NCBI GenBank assembly: GCA_038845265.1 | Contig: JAWBQR010000001.1 | Location: 32,001-96,000 of the forward strand | Reading direction: 5' to 3' | Length of the DNA: 64,000 bases | Origin: Nitrososphaerota archaeon | GTDB taxonomy: Archaea > Thermoproteota > Nitrososphaeria_A > Caldarchaeales > Calditenuaceae | Shown: piece by piece, positions 18,634 to 29,923 of the stretch | Layout: every line of letters begins with the position of its first letter | Position numbering within the stretch: position 1 is the stretch's first letter | Notes under the pieces: model-generated | The model's input: only the letters and a program-made list of their open reading frames with translations | Database searches by the model: none | What the model was told of the DNA's origin: nothing | Position numbers and translations under genes: made by a program

Positions 18634-19476
18634 GTGTTGCATGGAAATGCCATAAGAGCGTTAGGTGTCTTGACTGTAGCAATCTGGACATTTGTTCTTT
18701 TAATGTCCTTCATAAATGTCCAGCTACCTCATTCTCCTCCTCTCGTAATTATAGAAGAGCCAACGATAGATGCAGCAACTTCTCCATCTCCATATATTAA
18801 CACTCTTGTAGTCTTAATAATAATAGCTGTAGGCGGAGCCATCTTTGTTTCAATCTTAATATATGCGCCTAGGATTGCGTCATATATCTCAATGATAATT
18901 TTTGGATTAGTAACTTTTCTGTCACTAACACTATACACATTACTCCTGTCATATAGAGTAGGAATGCAAATGGAGTCCAGCTTTATTACTCTATGCCTAG
19001 GCCTAGCTGTTCTTTTGACTTGGCTCATCAGAAGGGGAAGAGGAGTATTGCCAATCATTTCTGCATCTATTACTGCCGCCGCCGGAGGTGTCCTAATGGG
19101 CATGATGCTGCCTCCAGTAACGGCGATTTTGCTCCTCTCGGCAATGTCAATATTTGATTTATTAATGGTAAAGAAAGGATACCTATCTGTCCTAAATAAA
19201 GAAGGTTTAAGAGAAAAAATTATGTTGATTAAGGGAATGATAGTTAATTATGATAATTTAACGATAGGTCTTGGTGACTTAGTATTTTATTCGATTCTTG
19301 TGTCAAACATGTATTTTCAATATGGATTCTGGCCAGCAGTATTATCAAATTTAGGGATATTGATCGGCTTCAATCTAACCCTCCTGTATTTAAAGCGCTC
19401 AGGAACAGCACCTGGACTCACAATACCGATTATCCTAGGCCTATTACTAGCATTAGCATCTCAATTTCTCTTATAA
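18634..19476 (+). CDS. Presenilin/signal peptide peptidase (A22) intramembrane aspartyl protease
   Basis: IFD, GLGD and PGL (PAL-equivalent) motifs; about 9 TM segments; start uncertain. Confidence 0.85.
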   Translation: MLHGNAIRALGVLTVAIWTFVLLMSFINVQLPHSPPLVIIEEPTIDAATSPSPYINTLVVLIIIAVGGAIFVSILIYAPRIASYISMIIFGLVTFLSLTLYTLLLSYRVGMQMESSFITLCLGLAVLLTWLIRRGRGVLPIISASITAAAGGVLMGMMLPPVTAILLLSAMSIFDLLMVKKGYLSVLNKEGLREKIMLIKGMIVNYDNLTIGLGDLVFYSILVSNMYFQYGFWPAVLSNLGILIGFNLTLLYLKRSGTAPGLTIPIILGLLLALASQFLL

Positions 19477-19477
19477 T

Positions 19478-20731
19478 TCAAAGAGAGATTTTAAGCATTG
19501 AGGCTACCTTATTTACAAATTCATCGAATTCATTAGGCGACTTGAGTTCACTTATTGATTTTCTAACGATGAATGAAGCACCTGCCAACGAGTAAATTAC
19601 ATCTATTTTTGACTGAAGGAAAATTGCCGAAAATAGTGCCACAGCGCCGAAGTAGTACTCGCAGGGAATTGGCGGCTCGATCCAATTCGTCTTTAATCTT
19701 TCACCATCTGTTATATAATCTGGTCCCCCACATTCATACATGGGATATCCAATACTACTAGATAGTTTTTTAAGTAAATTAGCATATTCGAGGTTAACTT
19801 GATTTTCTTTTTCACCTATGTAATATACATAAACCGATAATTTTTCTTTAGAGAGTTTTTCTCTGTTATTCGTTATTAGTACTTTGTTTGCAATTAATTC
19901 ATACTGGGAATCTTCGGTGCCTTGTTCAACCACAGATATGTTTAGCTTAGTCGCTATGTCTTTTATTGCTTTTCTGAATATCTGGCTGCCGCCTACAAGG
20001 CTTACTTCATTTATTGAAGGGCTAAGTTTTAAAACCTCTGTCATATCCCCAGGTCCTGCAAGATATTCGCTCTCCACCGGAGCTCCTATTGGACGAATTA
20101 TGATCTCACCGATCTCTTCAGGTCGACGAATATCGATAAATGGTTTTCTAGAATGGAGGGTAATGGTGAATGAGGGCCTCACAAATAATGTGCCTGCACC
20201 ACTGTCAGGATCAATTCCGGATGGGACATCAATGGAATAAACAATCGCACCCGATTTGTTTATCCACTCGATCACCGATCTATAGGGCTCTCTAATGTCG
20301 CCCCTAATTCCTGTTCCAAAAATGCCATCAACAATTATATCAGATCGCGATAACCTACTAGACAATTTTTGTAAATCCTTAGCTTCTCTTATGATAACGA
20401 ATTCAATAGAAATTTTCATATTTTTTATTATCTGCCAATTTGTCCTAGCTTCAAGTGTCTTAATTTTATCTTCGTCACCAATCAATGCCACTATAATTTT
20501 TCTTGCCCGCGGTGCAAGGTGCCTAGCTGCTACGAATGCGTCGCCTCCGTTATTTCCGGGCCCTGCAAATACGATAACGGACTTGGAACTTAAGTCCCCT
20601 TCATTCTGAATTATGAATCTAGCGACTTCTGCACCGGCATTTTCCATCAACAATTTCCTGTCAACTCCTAAGTAAGAAGAATTTTCATCTATGATCGATA
20701 TCTCTGAAGATTTAAGCGTCTTAATCATCAT
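19478..20731 (-). CDS. nnrE: NAD(P)H-hydrate epimerase (YjeF-N) with degenerate C-terminal domain
   Basis: LLMENAG, GPGNNGGD, DGIFGTG, IDVPSG. Confidence 0.88.
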   Translation of the reverse strand: MMIKTLKSSEISIIDENSSYLGVDRKLLMENAGAEVARFIIQNEGDLSSKSVIVFAGPGNNGGDAFVAARHLAPRARKIIVALIGDEDKIKTLEARTNWQIIKNMKISIEFVIIREAKDLQKLSSRLSRSDIIVDGIFGTGIRGDIREPYRSVIEWINKSGAIVYSIDVPSGIDPDSGAGTLFVRPSFTITLHSRKPFIDIRRPEEIGEIIIRPIGAPVESEYLAGPGDMTEVLKLSPSINEVSLVGGSQIFRKAIKDIATKLNISVVEQGTEDSQYELIANKVLITNNREKLSKEKLSVYVYYIGEKENQVNLEYANLLKKLSSSIGYPMYECGGPDYITDGERLKTNWIEPPIPCEYYFGAVALFSAIFLQSKIDVIYSLAGASFIVRKSISELKSPNEFDEFVNKVASMLKISL

Positions 20732-20761
20732 TACTATTAAGTAAGAAGATCTTAATGAAAT

Positions 20762-21421
20762 CTACTTTAATCCTTTCCTATTCCTGTTTAATGACAAGAC
20801 TGGGCCTAGGTTGGTTAGCACACCCTTAATTCCTGATTCCTGATAAATTTTTAGGACATATTCCCAATCGACCCTAAGCATGACTACCGTAATGATAATT
20901 AGTGTGATTATTGCAGGAATAGTGCCGATTAATGACTCTCCAGTAAAGTGGCTGAATAACCAGAAGTATGCCCTCCCAAGGTAGGCGGTAAGTATTCCCA
21001 AAACAATCTTTCCAGCCACGCTAGCGATTAGGAACTTCCAAAAATCGAGGCGAGCCATGCCCATGGGAATATAATAAATATCGTCAGGAAGGGGAGTGAC
21101 AGCAAAAATAAATACCCCGATATATCCATATCTGCCTATCAGCTTTTTCATTGCTTCCATCTGCTTCTTCGTACTATTGCTTAACAATCTGTAACTTGTC
21201 CTACCAACTAGATAAGAAGTGATCTTACCAATCGCCCCTCCTATTCCAGCGAATACTCCGAGCAGCAAAGGATTAAGAGTTCTACTTAGTATGACGACAA
21301 TAAACAGGTAGGGGAATGGGATGAAAGGGATTAAGCTTCCGATTATCGATATCAAGAAGATTCCTAAATAACCATAATTTAATGCTAGGTCATAAATCAG
21401 CTTACTAATCTCATGGATCAT
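20762..21421 (-). CDS. VTT/DedA (SNARE-associated) membrane protein
   Basis: IPFIPFP, GGAIGK..SY..GR, FAVTPLPDD. Confidence 0.85.
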   Translation of the reverse strand: MIHEISKLIYDLALNYGYLGIFLISIIGSLIPFIPFPYLFIVVILSRTLNPLLLGVFAGIGGAIGKITSYLVGRTSYRLLSNSTKKQMEAMKKLIGRYGYIGVFIFAVTPLPDDIYYIPMGMARLDFWKFLIASVAGKIVLGILTAYLGRAYFWLFSHFTGESLIGTIPAIITLIIITVVMLRVDWEYVLKIYQESGIKGVLTNLGPVLSLNRNRKGLK

Positions 21422-21452
21422 TTATCTATATAACCTCGTTAAACTAGTTAAT

Positions 21453-22826
21453 CTACTTTGCCTCCTCTTTCAATATATCATTAAGTACCTGCCTAATTAA
21501 TGATTCTGCCAGATCTAAGTATCTCTTAAGAGTAAGACTATCCTTAGCTTCCGCTGAATATTTGATCTGAGGCATGGTATTTGAAGGACGAATAAGTAGC
21601 CAGCCATCACTCAGATATGCCTTGATTCCGTCAATATTAATAATTCTTTCAGCCATTTTCTTCATGGTTTGTGATACCCCCTCCATAACTTTTGCTTTAA
21701 AACTTTCAGGGACATCAATAGTAAGAATAGGTGATGAATAGTATCGAGGAATACTATCAAGTATTTTTGAAAGAGGTTCCTCAGACCTTGATAATAGTTC
21801 GGCAAATTTAGCAACTGCATACAATCCATCATCGAAGCCGTAAAGCTCTGAGAAATAAATATGATTGCTTTTCTCCGCGCCTATAACTGCATTTACCTCA
21901 CGAACTCTCTTTAACATATAAGCCCTACCGACCCTCGAAATTACAGGTTCACACCCCCTTTCAAGTATTATTTTTTCAACCAATGAGCTACTGCCTATAT
22001 CGAATACCACCCTACCTTTTATTTCAGATTTCAGCACTAAAATAGCCAGGGCTATGTCTCCATCAAGAATTCTTCCCCTATCATCTAAGATGACGGCTCT
22101 ATCACCATCGCCGTCTATTCCAGCACCGAGTTCAAAATTATTCTCCGATACGAGCCTTGAGAGATCTTTTAAGGTCTCTACATTAGGTTCTGGCACGTGT
22201 CCTGGAAAAGTTCCGTCAGGATTGTCATTAATACTAATAACTTCACACCCTATTTCTTTTAGCAGAGTCTTTCCAACTATGCATGAAGCACCATTAGAAA
22301 AATCAACGGCGACCCTAACTCTCCTCTTAAGACTTACTAAACGTTTTATTTTATCTATGTACGGGGATATAATATCAATCTTTTTGATATAATCTATAGA
22401 GTTGGATTGTTTTTTAACTTTTATGCGCATTACCAATTCCTTAAGCTTCTCCATTCCCGAGCCAAAGGATATTGTCTCCCCATCGGCTAAAACTAGTTTG
22501 AAGCCGTTCCATTCAGGCGGGTTATGACTGGCGGTGACCTGAATGCCTCCGTCAAATCGGTTTTCCACTACTCCAAGGTATAGAACCGGGGTTGGAACGA
22601 TGCCTGAGTCGTAAACCTCGGCGCCAGCGTCAATTAATCCTTTAGCTATGCTCTTAGCTAAGGCCGGGCTGCTAAGTCTTACATCTCTACCTAACAGTAT
22701 TCGTCCTCCGCCTGTTAACTGGGAGTATGCATGTCCTATTCTATACGCTATCTCTTCGTTTAGCTCTTCTGGATAAATACCTCTAATATCGTATGCCTTA
22801 AATATGGAGTCTGGAATGTCGACCAT
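21453..22826 (-). CDS. Phosphomannomutase/phosphoglucomutase
   Basis: FKAYDIRG, TASHNP, DGDGDR, RPSNT. Confidence 0.95.
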   Translation of the reverse strand: MVDIPDSIFKAYDIRGIYPEELNEEIAYRIGHAYSQLTGGGRILLGRDVRLSSPALAKSIAKGLIDAGAEVYDSGIVPTPVLYLGVVENRFDGGIQVTASHNPPEWNGFKLVLADGETISFGSGMEKLKELVMRIKVKKQSNSIDYIKKIDIISPYIDKIKRLVSLKRRVRVAVDFSNGASCIVGKTLLKEIGCEVISINDNPDGTFPGHVPEPNVETLKDLSRLVSENNFELGAGIDGDGDRAVILDDRGRILDGDIALAILVLKSEIKGRVVFDIGSSSLVEKIILERGCEPVISRVGRAYMLKRVREVNAVIGAEKSNHIYFSELYGFDDGLYAVAKFAELLSRSEEPLSKILDSIPRYYSSPILTIDVPESFKAKVMEGVSQTMKKMAERIINIDGIKAYLSDGWLLIRPSNTMPQIKYSAEAKDSLTLKRYLDLAESLIRQVLNDILKEEAK

Positions 22827-22835
22827 TCTACATTG

Positions 22836-23507
22836 TTATTTTTCATGCTTTTCAATATATGTTACTCTTATTCCAGCTTTATTTGATGAATACTCCCTAT
22901 TCAAAAATATCAATAGGGGTGTTATCCTCTCCGTTATTCGTGAATTCTCGAGTCCTCCGCCATATAATCCTCTTATATTCGGTATATGTTCAATGACATC
23001 AATGACGGAGTATGCATATTCTCTCTCACCACATACAATCACGTCACATTCTACCGGTGAATACAAATCCAATAATGCCATAGCTGGGAGATAGTTTAAT
23101 GCGGATACAACTCTTGCATCCTTGCCAAGTAATTTATTTAAGGTTTCTGCTGCTGAGCCAGCGGCAGGTTCTATAAATTTCCATCCGCCACCTAGGTCAG
23201 CTTCAAGAGGCACTATCGTTGATACAACGATGGCTTCCTTATTTATTTTGTCTCTGAGAGATTTAGCGGTAGTGTAGAGTCCACTAAAAGGAACAGTGAA
23301 GAATATCATATCTGATTTTTTGCAGATCTCTTCGTTTAATCCCCCTGAAATCTTAAGCGGGCCAACCATCTTTAACGCCTCACCTACTGCTGCTCTTGCT
23401 TTCTCTTCACTTCTAGAACCTATCGCAACTTCATATCCAGCCATTGCTAACCGTAATGCGATAGAAAATCCAAGTCCTGCCGTCCCTCCAACTATCCCTA
23501 TAATCAT
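22836..23507 (-). CDS. npdG: NADPH-dependent F420 reductase (F420H2:NADP+ oxidoreductase)
   Basis: IVGGTAGLG, IGSR, GSAAE, G.LENSR..E.ITPLLI.LN. Confidence 0.88.
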   Translation of the reverse strand: MIIGIVGGTAGLGFSIALRLAMAGYEVAIGSRSEEKARAAVGEALKMVGPLKISGGLNEEICKKSDMIFFTVPFSGLYTTAKSLRDKINKEAIVVSTIVPLEADLGGGWKFIEPAAGSAAETLNKLLGKDARVVSALNYLPAMALLDLYSPVECDVIVCGEREYAYSVIDVIEHIPNIRGLYGGGLENSRITERITPLLIFLNREYSSNKAGIRVTYIEKHEK

Positions 23508-23587
23508 TTCTCCACTTCCTTAAGTCTAACAATCATGAGAATGATATTAAGATTCCAGTATTTTAAAAATTAAATGACGATTAAATT

Positions 23588-25762
<2,175 letters not shown>

Positions 25763-25886
25763 TTAAATTCCACCTCTCTACATATCAAGATGCGCTAGGG
25801 CTATATATCCCTTAACTATCACATCATATAGAGAAAATTCAATGATAATAGAATAAGGTTTAACTATTGGCTATACAAAAAATTTA

Positions 25887-26324
25887 ATGCTAGATATGGG
25901 GGTTGGGAATCACGTTAACACAAATTCATCAAAGTTTGAGGGCCTTGGAAGACACTTAGTGGCAGATTTTTATGGCTGCCCCCAAGATAAATTATCAAAC
26001 AATTCTTATTTAATTAAAATATTAAAAGAAGCTGCAAAGGCAGCTAGAGTAGAAGTCGTAGGCGAATACAGCAAAAAATTTGATGGACCAGGAGGAGTAA
26101 GCGCCATACTCATAATAAAGGAGAGCCACTTATCAATACATACATGGCCAGAACATGGCTACGCTGCAATTGACATATATACATGTGGTAAATCTATCGA
26201 TCCATGGATAGCTTTAGAACTAATTAAGGAAGAATTGCAGCCAGAAACAGCGACAATAATGGAAGTCAAGAGAGGACTAATGATAAATCAAAAAGCTTAT
26301 TTGAAAGAACAGATACCTCAGTAG
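25887..26324 (+). CDS. speD: S-adenosylmethionine decarboxylase proenzyme
   Basis: GRHLVADFYGC, ESHLSIHTWPEHGYAAIDIYTCG; directly upstream of speE. Confidence 0.9.
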   Translation: MLDMGVGNHVNTNSSKFEGLGRHLVADFYGCPQDKLSNNSYLIKILKEAAKAARVEVVGEYSKKFDGPGGVSAILIIKESHLSIHTWPEHGYAAIDIYTCGKSIDPWIALELIKEELQPETATIMEVKRGLMINQKAYLKEQIPQ

Positions 26325-26327
26325 CAG

Positions 26328-27257
26328 ATGACGAAAAATAATAACACAGATGAAGCTATGGGACTATGGCAGTCCGAATGGATAAGCAAAGACATACTCG
26401 AGTTCTATAGAGTTTCTAAGATAATATACTTAGGAAAAACAAAATATCAAAAAATAACTGTCATTGAAACCCTCCCGTATGGCAAATGTCTGTTGTTGGA
26501 TGATAAGATGCAATCGTCTTTAAAAGACGAGTATATCTATCATGAAACACTTGTACATCCGGCGCTTAGCATGCATGGTAACCCAAAGCGAGTCGTGGTG
26601 GTTGGAGGAGGAGAATGTGCGACGATCAGAGAAGTAGCAAAATGGAGTTCCGTTGATGAAATAATAATGGTCGAGCTGGACAAAGAAGTTATAGAAATTA
26701 CTTCAAAATATTTAGGCGAGTTAGGACATGGAGTATTGGATGATCCTAGGCTGCGCCTGGTCATCGAAGAAGGAAGAAAATGGTTATCAGAACAGCCGAA
26801 TAAATCAATTGATGTATTGATTATTGATGTTACGGACCCACTTGAGGGGGGCCCATCTTATCTCTTATTTACCCGAGAATTCTATCAATTAGCCTCACAA
26901 AAATTAAAAGACGATGGGGTTTTAGCCACCCAGGCAACATCTCCAGTTCATAATGAATTCGTATATGACTCCATTAAGAAGACATTAGCATCTATTTTTA
27001 AATACGTAATCCCCTTACACGCATTCATTAAATCATATTCAAGTATATGGGGTTTCTTATTTGCATCAAATAAAAATATACTTGAAATAGCTCCAGATAC
27101 TATAAAGGAGCGACTTAGGGTTAATGGTGTCTCCGATCTAAAATTTTATGCAGCCGATATGCATTTTTCATTAAAATGCATAGCAGAGAAATATGAATGT
27201 CTCATAAGTTCGACTGGTAGAATAATAGAAGACAATTCACCTATCTTCGTAAAATAA
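26328..27257 (+). CDS. speE: Polyamine aminopropyltransferase
   Basis: TKYQKI, DEYIYHETLVHP, VGGGE, IIDVTDP. Confidence 0.93.
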   Translation: MTKNNNTDEAMGLWQSEWISKDILEFYRVSKIIYLGKTKYQKITVIETLPYGKCLLLDDKMQSSLKDEYIYHETLVHPALSMHGNPKRVVVVGGGECATIREVAKWSSVDEIIMVELDKEVIEITSKYLGELGHGVLDDPRLRLVIEEGRKWLSEQPNKSIDVLIIDVTDPLEGGPSYLLFTREFYQLASQKLKDDGVLATQATSPVHNEFVYDSIKKTLASIFKYVIPLHAFIKSYSSIWGFLFASNKNILEIAPDTIKERLRVNGVSDLKFYAADMHFSLKCIAEKYECLISSTGRIIEDNSPIFVK

Positions 27258-27261
27258 CGAA

Positions 27262-27669
27262 TCATAAATATTCTCTTAAAAATTTAGCTGTGGAGTCTGT
27301 TAGTTCATATTCATGGATTTTTGATATATCAACCCACTTTACTTCTAAAGCGTCTGATGATGCCCTAAGCTCTCCACCAATTACTTTTCCTTCAAAGTCA
27401 ATTACTACATAATGTTCCTTAACTTTTCCTTTATAGTCCTTTACAAATATATCAACTACGTCAAGCAATCTTGTTATCTCAATTTTTAATCCTGTTTCTT
27501 CTTCTATTTCCCTTATTGCTGCATCTCTTACTTTCTCGCCAAATCTCAGTCTTCCACCTGGTATCGACCATTTACCTTTTCCAGGATCACGTAAACGCTT
27601 GACCAGTAAAACTTTATCATCGCTTTTTATTAATACACCAACACCTATAATTATCTTTTTGGGCAGCAA
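27262..27669 (-). CDS. NUDIX hydrolase (ADP-ribose pyrophosphatase-like)
   Basis: PGGRLRFGEKVRDAAIREIEEETGL Nudix box. Confidence 0.92.
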   Translation of the reverse strand: MLPKKIIIGVGVLIKSDDKVLLVKRLRDPGKGKWSIPGGRLRFGEKVRDAAIREIEEETGLKIEITRLLDVVDIFVKDYKGKVKEHYVVIDFEGKVIGGELRASSDALEVKWVDISKIHEYELTDSTAKFLREYL

Positions 27670-27714
27670 GTCTATAATAAATAAAAAAGTCTTTTACTTA
27701 AATGGCTACTATTT

Positions 27715-28335
27715 TTACTGAGACTTAGAAACTGAGTCGGTCTCCATCGTTTTTATGCCTTCTGGAATCTCTGGGAATGTTGATTTCATGCGTTGAGCAG
27801 CAATTTCTGAAGCCTCTTGAAGTATTTTCTGTGCCTCACTATCTGAAACCGAGACATTTACTACTGCGCCAGACACCGTCCCAGCTTCAATTATTAATCC
27901 CTCAAGTATCTCATCGACATGCTTAAGGTTCTGAGCAACTTCAGGCACTATCCCAGATAGATCCGACTGAACTTGTTTAATAATTGTAGTTGCTGGACCT
28001 AGCACATGCATTACATCTCCAAACTCTTTAACCGTTTCAAGTCTAAGTATGACTTTTTCGAGTGATAGCTGACTCCTGACCACTATCCTTGACATCTTTC
28101 TCAGCTGTGCAATTTCGTTCGCATAGATGGTTGCTCGTCCCACATCACCCTCCTGCTGCGCCCTTACGCATTGCTCAAAAAGCTCTTTGCCCCGCCCTAT
28201 TAATCGCTGGCTGGTCCTGTTCAGCTTCTCAGACTGAATCTTAAGCGCAGTAATTATCTCTAAGTATCTACCATCGGAAGAAAATGCTGTTCCTCCTGTG
28301 CCCCCTTTGCTGAATGGATTTCTCAACTTTATCAC
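27715..28335 (-). CDS. ESCRT-III/Snf7 family protein (CdvB1/B2-like paralog)
   Basis: RATIYANEIAQLRK, LEKVILRLET..EFGD, EAQKILQEA, FPEIP (MIM2-like); no C-terminal winged helix. Confidence 0.9.
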   Translation of the reverse strand: MIKLRNPFSKGGTGGTAFSSDGRYLEIITALKIQSEKLNRTSQRLIGRGKELFEQCVRAQQEGDVGRATIYANEIAQLRKMSRIVVRSQLSLEKVILRLETVKEFGDVMHVLGPATTIIKQVQSDLSGIVPEVAQNLKHVDEILEGLIIEAGTVSGAVVNVSVSDSEAQKILQEASEIAAQRMKSTFPEIPEGIKTMETDSVSKSQ

Positions 28336-28521
28336 TTTCAGTTCCCAGTCCTGACGCCCACGTATTTAATTTTTATCGACTTGGACTTCCGAGAATTTCC
28401 CTATGAATACCATGGGCTTATGCCAAAACGATGAAATCTCTTATAGATCCCCTTAATAGAGATTTTTACATTTATAAATCGAGACTGAAAAATTCTCTAA
28501 AAGGGGAAGAGAGGGTTAGTA

Positions 28522-29133
28522 ATGGGAAAATTAGCAATAATTATGACAGATTTTAAAGAAATTGCAGGTAAAGAGAGAGGATTATACCCAATTAACAACA
28601 GACCAGTTATGGAATACGTCCTAGAGTCAATTCCTGATGAAGTCGAAGAGATCATGATATCTGTCAGAGGTGAAAAAGAAGCAGAAGCATATGGCTTCTT
28701 GGCTGATAAATTTTTAGCACGAATATATTTGGCAGGTAATAAGATGATCGGGACCCAACTTGCAAGCATCATGGAAGAATCTCAGGCGCAAGACACTTAC
28801 TTAGTATTGCCATGCGATGCCCCACTTTTAAAAATTGAATATAATAGTTTTTTATTTGATGTGTGTAGGAAATTTTCAGCAGCAATCCCAAGAACTTCGG
28901 ATGACAAAAGATACTACTTATTCTCATCCTATAGATCGGAAGAGTTTTTAAGTGCATATTATAAAGCATCAAGTCCAGAAATGGATGAAATTGTTTCGAA
29001 GATGCGGAATGTATTATTTATAAATGTAAATGCCCTAAAAATATTTGATGATAAACTTAACCTGTTGCTCAGAGTAACAAGTGTAGAAGAGGCAAAAAGG
29101 GCCGAACGAATAATTAGGTCAAAAGATCAATAA
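28522..29133 (+). CDS. MobA-like NTP transferase fold protein, degenerate N-terminal motif
   Basis: PINNRPVMEYV, VLPCDAPLL; lacks LAGG.S.R.G.K. Confidence 0.6.
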   Translation: MGKLAIIMTDFKEIAGKERGLYPINNRPVMEYVLESIPDEVEEIMISVRGEKEAEAYGFLADKFLARIYLAGNKMIGTQLASIMEESQAQDTYLVLPCDAPLLKIEYNSFLFDVCRKFSAAIPRTSDDKRYYLFSSYRSEEFLSAYYKASSPEMDEIVSKMRNVLFINVNALKIFDDKLNLLLRVTSVEEAKRAERIIRSKDQ

Positions 29134-29156
29134 TTTACATGTGATGGGACATTAAG

Positions 29157-29855
29157 ATGGGATTAGCTAATGATTGGGCCCATGTCATCACCAGCATCTC
29201 AAAACTAGAGAGAAAATATCGATTAATTAATAGAATAATCTCCCTAGGAATGGATACTAAAGTTCGGAAAAAGGGGGTATATCTTTCAGGTCATCCAGCT
29301 GGAAAAGTTCTGGACGCAGGAGCAGGTGACGGTTCATTATCAATCGAGATACTAAAGATATCAAATAGCAATTTGAACATGATTTTACTAGATCCATTAT
29401 TAAATATGTTAAAGATTGCTAAAGAAAAAATAAATGATTATCGGATAGATTATGTAGTGGGGTTGCTTGAAAAATCGCCTTTCCGTGACACTTCATTTAA
29501 TAAGGTATACATGGCTTTTTCTCTACGCGACATGTATAACCTAGACGAGGCTGTCAGAAATTTATTATTCCTCATGAAAAATAAAGCTACTTTGACAGTG
29601 ATAGATATCGGCAAACCTGAACATAAATCTCTACAGATAGTGTTCTCTCTATATTGGAGTATAGTTGCTCCCTTGCTCACTTTGTTCGGCGCACCCTCTG
29701 CATGGAGACTAATTTATATGATTTATCCTACATATAGACGGTTGTTAACAAATAATAAATTAGCTAATAAACTAAAAAGCTATTTCAAGATTCGAATAGT
29801 CAAACAATTATTTTATGGCGGCATAATAATCATTATTGCTGAGAAGACGGCTTAA
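29157..29855 (+). CDS. UbiE/MenG family SAM-dependent methyltransferase
   Basis: Y..INRIISLGMD..VRK, LDAGAGDG, PFRDTSF, AFSLRD. Confidence 0.85.
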   Translation: MGLANDWAHVITSISKLERKYRLINRIISLGMDTKVRKKGVYLSGHPAGKVLDAGAGDGSLSIEILKISNSNLNMILLDPLLNMLKIAKEKINDYRIDYVVGLLEKSPFRDTSFNKVYMAFSLRDMYNLDEAVRNLLFLMKNKATLTVIDIGKPEHKSLQIVFSLYWSIVAPLLTLFGAPSAWRLIYMIYPTYRRLLTNNKLANKLKSYFKIRIVKQLFYGGIIIIIAEKTA

Positions 29856-29923
29856 TGATCATTTATACTAGGCATGTTTAATTATTTCCATAAATTCCTA
29901 ATTGTTTAGAACTGGGATTAACA

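Noticed and set aside
18448-18713. Apparent long head-to-head overlap of trm112 and the presenilin gene
   Set aside because: It disappears when downstream starts (18551 and about 18634) are used, leaving a normal divergent promoter.
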